From the NCBI GenBank assembly GCA_040754885.1, contig JBFMCD010000065.1, positions 96-64,095 of the forward strand: DNA of 64,000 nt, given 5' to 3'. The position numbers and the translations under genes are program-made. Shown piece by piece: positions 63,520-64,000 of this stretch; positions within the stretch are counted from its first letter, which is position 1; the number at the start of each line of letters is the position of its first letter. Origin of the DNA: Acidobacteriota bacterium (lineage in GTDB: Bacteria; Acidobacteriota; Thermoanaerobaculia; Thermoanaerobaculales; Thermoanaerobaculaceae). The notes under the pieces were generated by a model, which saw nothing but the letters and a program-made list of their open reading frames with translations, had not been told where the DNA came from and made no database searches.

Positions 63520-64000
63520 GTGAAGAGGACGACCTCCCTGCTCATGCTTCTCCTCCTCGTGTTGGGCTCCGTCGTCTCCGAGGCGCGAGACCGGGGCTGT
63601 TACTCCTCCGGTTCGATCCGGCACCGACCGGGCGCAGCGGTTCGGCCGCCAGGACGGCCGCCGGTCCGTCCGCCGGTTCGTCCGCCGAGGCCACCCCTGC
63701 GGCCCCCGCGGCCCGGAGTCGCCGCCGCGATCCGGCACGAGATTCGCAAGGACGTCCGGCGCGAGATCCGGCGCGAGATCCGCCACGCCCGGCGTGACAG
63801 GTTCCTCTTCCTCGGCGGGCTGGCAGTCCTGGGCGCGATCACCCGCAGCCTGCCGCCCCGTCACACGACGGTCGTGGTTCGGGGGGCGTCGTACTTCTAT
63901 GCTGAGGGCACCTGGTACGTCGCGGCCAGTGGACAGTACCGCTGCGTCGCACCTCCGATCGGCGCAGTCGTGACGGTCGTGCCGCCCGACGCCTATGTCG
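63520..64000 (+). CDS. Secreted/membrane protein with RPP(V/L) and REIR micro-repeats; 3'-partial, runs off the window
   Basis: Hand translation from GTG 63520 (GAAAGGAG upstream): MKRTTSLLMLLLLVLGSVVSEA...RPPGRPPVRPPVRPPRPPLRPPRP...IRHEIRKDVRREIRREIRHARRD...TM...YFYAEGTWYVAASGQY. Open to the window end. Confidence 0.55.
   Translation, partial: MKRTTSLLMLLLLVLGSVVSEARDRGCYSSGSIRHRPGAAVRPPGRPPVRPPVRPPRPPLRPPRPGVAAAIRHEIRKDVRREIRREIRHARRDRFLFLGGLAVLGAITRSLPPRHTTVVVRGASYFYAEGTWYVAASGQYRCVAPPIGAVVTVVPPDAYV

Overview
Very GC-rich (about 70% by eye) bacterial chromosomal window. It is densely coded and mostly core or housekeeping. I saw no integrase, transposase, CRISPR array, rRNA or obvious prophage or defence island. 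High GC produces many long shadow ORFs, so I only called frames with recognisable family motifs, sensible signal peptides or high third-position GC. Main blocks, left to right: secreted or accessory proteins (SLH-like/beta-helix, ankyrin+PD40, MBL+TPR); czcCBA-type RND metal efflux; small membrane and NTF2 proteins; a 75-bp G-tract tandem repeat; racemase, epimerase and amidohydrolase; glgP; a four-gene translationally coupled isoprenoid operon (FAD oxidoreductase, squalene/phytoene synthase, DinB, geranylgeranyl-reductase-like); an L,D-transpeptidase/lipoprotein cluster; queG coupled to a Rieske protein; a DEAD-box helicase; TPR, LolB-position lipoprotein, ispE, spoVG, tRNA-Gln, prs, rplY, pth, rpsF, rpsR, DUF2232, rplI; ccmABCDEF (variant System I with a CxxxY CcmE); a GT-C glycosyltransferase; a PhoU fusion followed by pstS, pstC, pstA and two pstB genes; PBP1A; uvrB; and a DUF2092 protein. 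The most interesting observations are: two PstB paralogues whose motif losses are complementary, predicting one dead ATP site; a PhoU fused to a Cys-less LMW-phosphatase domain; the G-quadruplex-type repeat family next to promoters; the isoprenoid operon; queG-Rieske coupling; a catalytically degenerate Swt1-like HEPN protein; and a consensus promoter driving a ~320-nt structured leader. Gene order and content suggest Acidobacteriota or a related deep-branching Gram-negative lineage. That is inference only.
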